From Macrostomum lignano (lineage: Eukaryota): a DNA stretch of 64,000 nucleotides. Both the position numbers and the translations under genes were made by a program. Location of the stretch: positions 124,001 through 188,000 of the forward strand of contig NIVC01000162.1 of NCBI GenBank assembly GCA_002269645.1, given 5' to 3'. Position 1 is the first letter of the stretch; each line of letters starts with the position of its first letter. Below are positions 59,642 through 64,000 of the stretch, in pieces. The notes beneath the pieces are model-generated. The model was not told the origin of the DNA. It did no database searches and saw only the letters and a list, made by a program, of their open reading frames with translations.

Positions 59642-61934
59642 CTATAGTAATTGGCTGGACTCCAGCTGCTCATAGGTGATTAATCTCGGGAATTCCTTGT
59701 ACGCATCGAACGTTGGCATTCGCTGCTTGTGGTAGCCGAGGTGCGTGAACTGGTGAATGGCCACCGTCCTGTTTGTTATGAAGAGTTCGTCGCTTTTCTC
59801 AAAGCCCATCTGCTGCAGTTGAAGGCACACTCGCTGGCTTGGTGAGAGCCCTCCGGAGTGCCTTTGGAGACGTGGCGCCACTGCGGAGTGAGAGTGCGTT
59901 GGACTGTGCTTGCGAATGGCTAGATTAGCAATCCATTCTATTCCTTTATCTAATGTAGGCTAGATTAGCAATCCATTCTATTCCTTTATTCATGTAGGCT
60001 AGATTAGCAATCCATTCTATTCCTTTAATAATGTAGGCTAGATTAGCAATCCATTCTATTCCTTTACCCAATGTAAGCTAGATTAGCAATCCATTCTATT
60101 CCTTTATCCATGTAGGCTAGATTAGCAATCCATTCTATTCCTTTTTTCATGTAGGCTAGATTAGCAATCCATTCTATTCCTTTATCCTATGTAGGCTAGA
60201 TTAGCAATCCATTCTATTCCTTTATCTAATGTAGGCTAGATTAGCAATCCATTCTATTCCTTTACCCTATGTAGGCAAGATTAGCAATCCATTTTAATCC
60301 TTTATCTATGTAGGCTAGATTAGCAATCCATTCTATTCCTTAATCCGTGTTGGCTAGATTAGCAATCCATTCTATTCCTTAATCCGTGTTGGCTAGATTA
60401 GCAATCCATTCTAATCCTTAATCCGTGTTGGCTAGATTAGCAATCCACTTTATTCCTTTATCCATGTAGGCTAGATTAGCAATCCATTCTATTCCTTTAT
60501 CCAATGTAGGCTAGATTAGCAATCCACTCTATTCCTTTATCCAATGTAGGCTAGATTAGCAATCCATTCTATTCCTTTATCCAATGTAGGCTAGATTAGC
60601 AATCCATTCTAATCCTTTATCCATGTAGGCTAGATTAGCAATCCATTCTATTCCTTTATCTAATGTAGGCTAGATTAGCAATCCATTCTAATCCTTTATC
60701 CATGTAGGCTAGATTAGCAATCCATTCTATTCCTTTATCCTATGTAGGCTAGATTAGCAATCCATTCTATTCCTTTATCCTATGTAGGCTAGATTAGCAA
60801 TCCATTCTAATCCTTTATCAATGTAGGCTAGATTAGCAATCCATTCTAATCCTTTATCCTATGTAGGCTAGATTAGCAATCCATTCTATTCCTTTATCCA
60901 TGTAGGCTAGATTAGCAATCCATTCTATTCCTTTATCCTATGTAGGCTAGATTAGCAATCCATTCTATTCCTTTATCCTATGTAGGCTAGATTAGCAATC
61001 CATTCTATTCCTTTATCCATGTAGGCTAGATTAGCAATCCATTCTATTCCTTTATCCTATGTAGGCTAGATTAGCAATCCATTCTAATCCTTTATCCATG
61101 TAGGCTAGATTAGCAATACATTCTATTCCTTTATCTAATGTAGGCTAGATTAGCAATCCATTCTAATCCTTTATCCATGTAGGCTAGATTAGCAATCCAT
61201 TCTAATCCTTTATCAATGTAGGCTAGATTAGCAATCCATTTTAATCCTTTATTCATGTAGGCTAGATTAGCAATCCATTTTAATCCTTTATTCATGTAGG
61301 CTAGATTAGCAATCCATTCTAATCCTTTATCAATGTAGGCTAGATTAGCAATCCATTTTAATCCTTTATTTATGTAGGCTAGATTAGCAATCCATTCTCC
61401 AATTCTAAAGCACCGCATATCACTCAGCAAGCAATTTATTTTAACAACAAGAGAAGCCCCTCACTACTCTTGCAGCGGCCGTAGATGCCGCTCCGCGGGT
61501 TAATCTTTGGCGAGAAGTAGGTCTCGTTGAGCATGACAACCGTCGGGTTAGCTGCATCCCTCTTCCACAGGTCGAACTGTTTCGTGAGCATTTCCGGGCC
61601 CGTAGTGGAGAAAATGGCTGAAACAAGAGTCGGGTGATCGGGCTTTGAAGAGAAGTTCTGTCCAATAATTCCTGGAAAAAAAAACAATTTTGCGACTCAC
61701 AAACAGGAAAAAGGAAATTCCTTTTAGCCGTGCTCGGTCGGAACACGAACCGGATAACTTGGCGAAAGAACGGGTGCCCTGGCGTGCAGCCCATGGCCGA
61801 GTTCATGGCTGAGTACTGCCTGCCGTGTAGAAACTGAGTCTGGTGCCGCCGCTCGCTGTCCAAGAAGCAGCTGTGCGGTGCCAGGCTGGGCAGCAGCGGC
61901 GCATGGCAGGTCATGTCTAAGTCCATGTACAGCC
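59642..61934 (-). CDS. DXD glycosyltransferase of GT32 type (SUR1/OCH1/alpha-1,4-transferase-like), 3' part; upstream exons not in view
   Basis: GLYMDLDMTC (DXD), NSAMGCTPGHPFF, FSTTGPEML, ETYFSP and AIHQFTHLGY in order. Acceptors at 61934 and 59880, donor at 61465; the junction near 61750-61660 is unresolved. Confidence 0.8.
59918..61400. repeat. 39-40-bp minisatellite (GCTAGATTAGCAATCCATTCTATTCCTTTATCCATGTAG) filling the last intron of the glycosyltransferase
   Basis: About 37 copies by length; the reverse complement shares 24 bp with the 57225-57990 unit. Confidence 0.97.
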
Positions 61935-62087
61935 CTGTGCAAGCAGCGGGCGGATGCTGGGAGTTGGCATTCAATATCGGATGAGCGACGCCCAACGCTC
62001 TCGAATTCATGCAAATTTCAGAGGAAGATGCAGGTCTTTGCCCAGCCGAAATTCATGTCACACGCTTTGGTCGAGAGGTTTACCAGT

Positions 62088-62985
62088 TAGACTGGCAGTT
62101 TTACCCAATAAACTGGCAGTTTTACCCAATAGACTGGCAGCTTTACCCAACAGACTGGCAGTTTTACCCAACAGACTGGCAGTTTTACCCAACAGACTGG
62201 CAGTTTTACCCAACAGACTGGCAGTTTTACCCAACAGACTGGCAGTTTTACCCAACAGACTGGCAGTTTTACCCAATAGACTGGCAGTTTTACCCAATAG
62301 ACTGGCAGTTTTACCCAATAGACTGGCAGTTTTACCCAACAGACTGGCAGTTTTACCTAATAGACTGGCAGTTTTACCCAATAGATTGGCAGTTTTACCA
62401 AATGGACTGGCAGTTTTACCCAATAGACTGGCAGTTTTACCCAATAGACTGGCAGTTTTACCCAATAACTGGCAGTTTTACCCTATAGACTGGCAGTTTT
62501 ACCCAATGGACTGGCAGTTTTACCTAATAGACTGGCAGTTTTACCCAATAGACTGGCAGTTTTACCCAATGGACTGGCAGTTTTACCCAATGGACTGGCA
62601 GTTTTACCTAATAGACTGGCAGTTTTACCCAATAGACTGGCAGTTTTACCCAACAGACTGGCAGTTTTACCCAACAGACTGGCAGTTTTACCCAACAGAC
62701 TGGCAGTTTTACCCAATAGACTGGCAGTTTTACCCAATAGACTGGCAGTTTTACCCAACAGACTGGCAGTTTTACCCAACAGACTGGCAGTTTTACCCAA
62801 TAGACTGGCAGTTTTACCCAATAGACTGGCAGTTTTACCCAATAGACTGGCAGTTTTACCCAACAGACTGGCAGTTTTACCCAACAGACTGGCAGTTTTA
62901 CCCAACAGACTGGCAGTTTTACCCAACAGACTGGCAGTTTTACCTAATAGACTGGCAGTTTTACCTAATAGACTGGCAGTTTTAC
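62088..62985. repeat. 21-bp minisatellite (AGACTGGCAGTTTTACCCAA(T/C))
   Basis: About 43 copies by length; source of the DWQFYP and GKTASLL ORFs. Confidence 0.97.
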
Positions 62986-63189
62986 TCTGACGAACTGATG
63001 AACTTTTGAGTGGTTGGCTAAACCTGCCACTTCTGACTTACTCTATCGATTTTCGCTGGCACTGACCCTGAGCCTAACCTGTACTCGCCTGCTCAATTTT
63101 GTACACTCCACCCATCCCATTCATTGTTGCTTGAGGCGCTCTCACACTCTCACAAGCCATAAATTTTTCACAGCATCCACCACCCTCTC

Positions 63190-63513
63190 CGGTGTTGAGA
63201 ATGCAACAGCACTTCATCTGTGAATGCCCCGCCTTTCCTGAGGACAAGGCTCACCTACCTCCGCCCAAACCCGGACCTCTCCAACGTTTTCAGGCCACCT
63301 CGTCCGCTACCTGAGGGCTACCGGGCGAGCGACCACCCACCTCCTTGACTCTCCGGAAGGGGGCCCGCGCTGTGGACACCGGCACCACTGGATCACCCTT
63401 CGCGGCACCGCAACCACAAGCTCTGTGGTCGCCAGGGGTTAGCGGAATTGGTGACAACGCCTTCCCGCTGTATCCGGATGCCCGAAGCCCCCTGCAGCTG
63501 AGTCAAGTAAGTC
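63190..63513 (+). mobile_element. 5'-truncated non-LTR retrotransposon 3' end
   Basis: Frameshifted [29 protein letters not shown] (CCHC-region C-terminus typical of LINE ORF2), followed by a UTR ending AGTCAAGTAAGTCA. Confidence 0.7.
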
Positions 63514-63524
63514 ACCAGCTCACA

Positions 63525-63960
63525 GCACCCACCACCCCACAGAACCCCTCACCCCACAGCACCCACCACCCCACAGCACCCACCACCCCACAGAACCCCT
63601 CACCCCACAGCACCCACCACCCACAGCGCCCACCACCCCACAGCACCCACCACCCCACAGCACCCACCACCCCACAGCGCCCACCACCAACAGCATCCAC
63701 CACCCAACAGCGCCCACCACCCCACAGCACCCACCACCCCACAGCACCCACCACCCCACAGCGCCCACCACCAACAGCATCCACCACCCAACAGCACCCA
63801 CCACCCCACAGCACCCACCACCCCACAGCACCCATCACCCCACAGCACCCACCGCCATACATAGGAGCCACAACGCCACAGAACCCCAACCACCCCAAAG
63901 CACCCACCACTCATAGCACCGACACAACCGTCACATAACACACAGCACCCACCACTTACC
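63525..63960. repeat. CA-rich low-complexity minisatellite (CACAGCACCCACCACCC)
   Basis: Tandem 15-18-bp units. Confidence 0.9.
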
Positions 63961-64000
63961 GCCATATTTGTACAATATAAGATAGCGAATGGCGTCGGAT

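Noticed and set aside
53285-61400. CRISPR array or tandem tRNA genes
   Set aside because: Eukaryotic locus, linkers are near-identical within each array rather than unique spacers, no cas genes; no acceptor, D or T arms for tRNA.
61954-63009. 351-aa and related ORFs (LAVLPNR, DWQFYP, GKTASLL)
   Set aside because: Translation of a 21-bp intronic minisatellite.

Overview
Eukaryotic (animal) genomic DNA, not prokaryotic. It has GT-AG spliced genes with GC-rich exons, AT-rich intergenic DNA, many DNA transposons, and a minisatellite array in most long introns. This style suggests a free-living flatworm such as Macrostomum (inference only). Genes assembled by hand from splice sites: LARP1 (minus, runs off the left edge), eIF2-gamma (plus), a 4-exon insulin-like peptide (plus, not visible as one ORF in the track), LETM1 (plus, 5' exon not located), a DEG/ENaC channel, an unrecognised secreted 12-Cys peptide, a PLAC8-family protein and a GT32-type glycosyltransferase (all four minus). 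Mobile DNA: a 6.3-kb hAT element with perfect TIRs, an 8-bp TSD and a spliced but frameshifted transposase, plus its cognate MITE; a mariner fold-back remnant; P-like deletion derivatives; several TSD-flanked MITEs; and a LINE 3' end. Most striking unexplained signal: four different minisatellite units in 53-61 kb share one core, TGGATTGCTAATCTA, that resembles a tRNA-Ser(GCU) anticodon arm. All coordinates were read by eye and no database searches were run.
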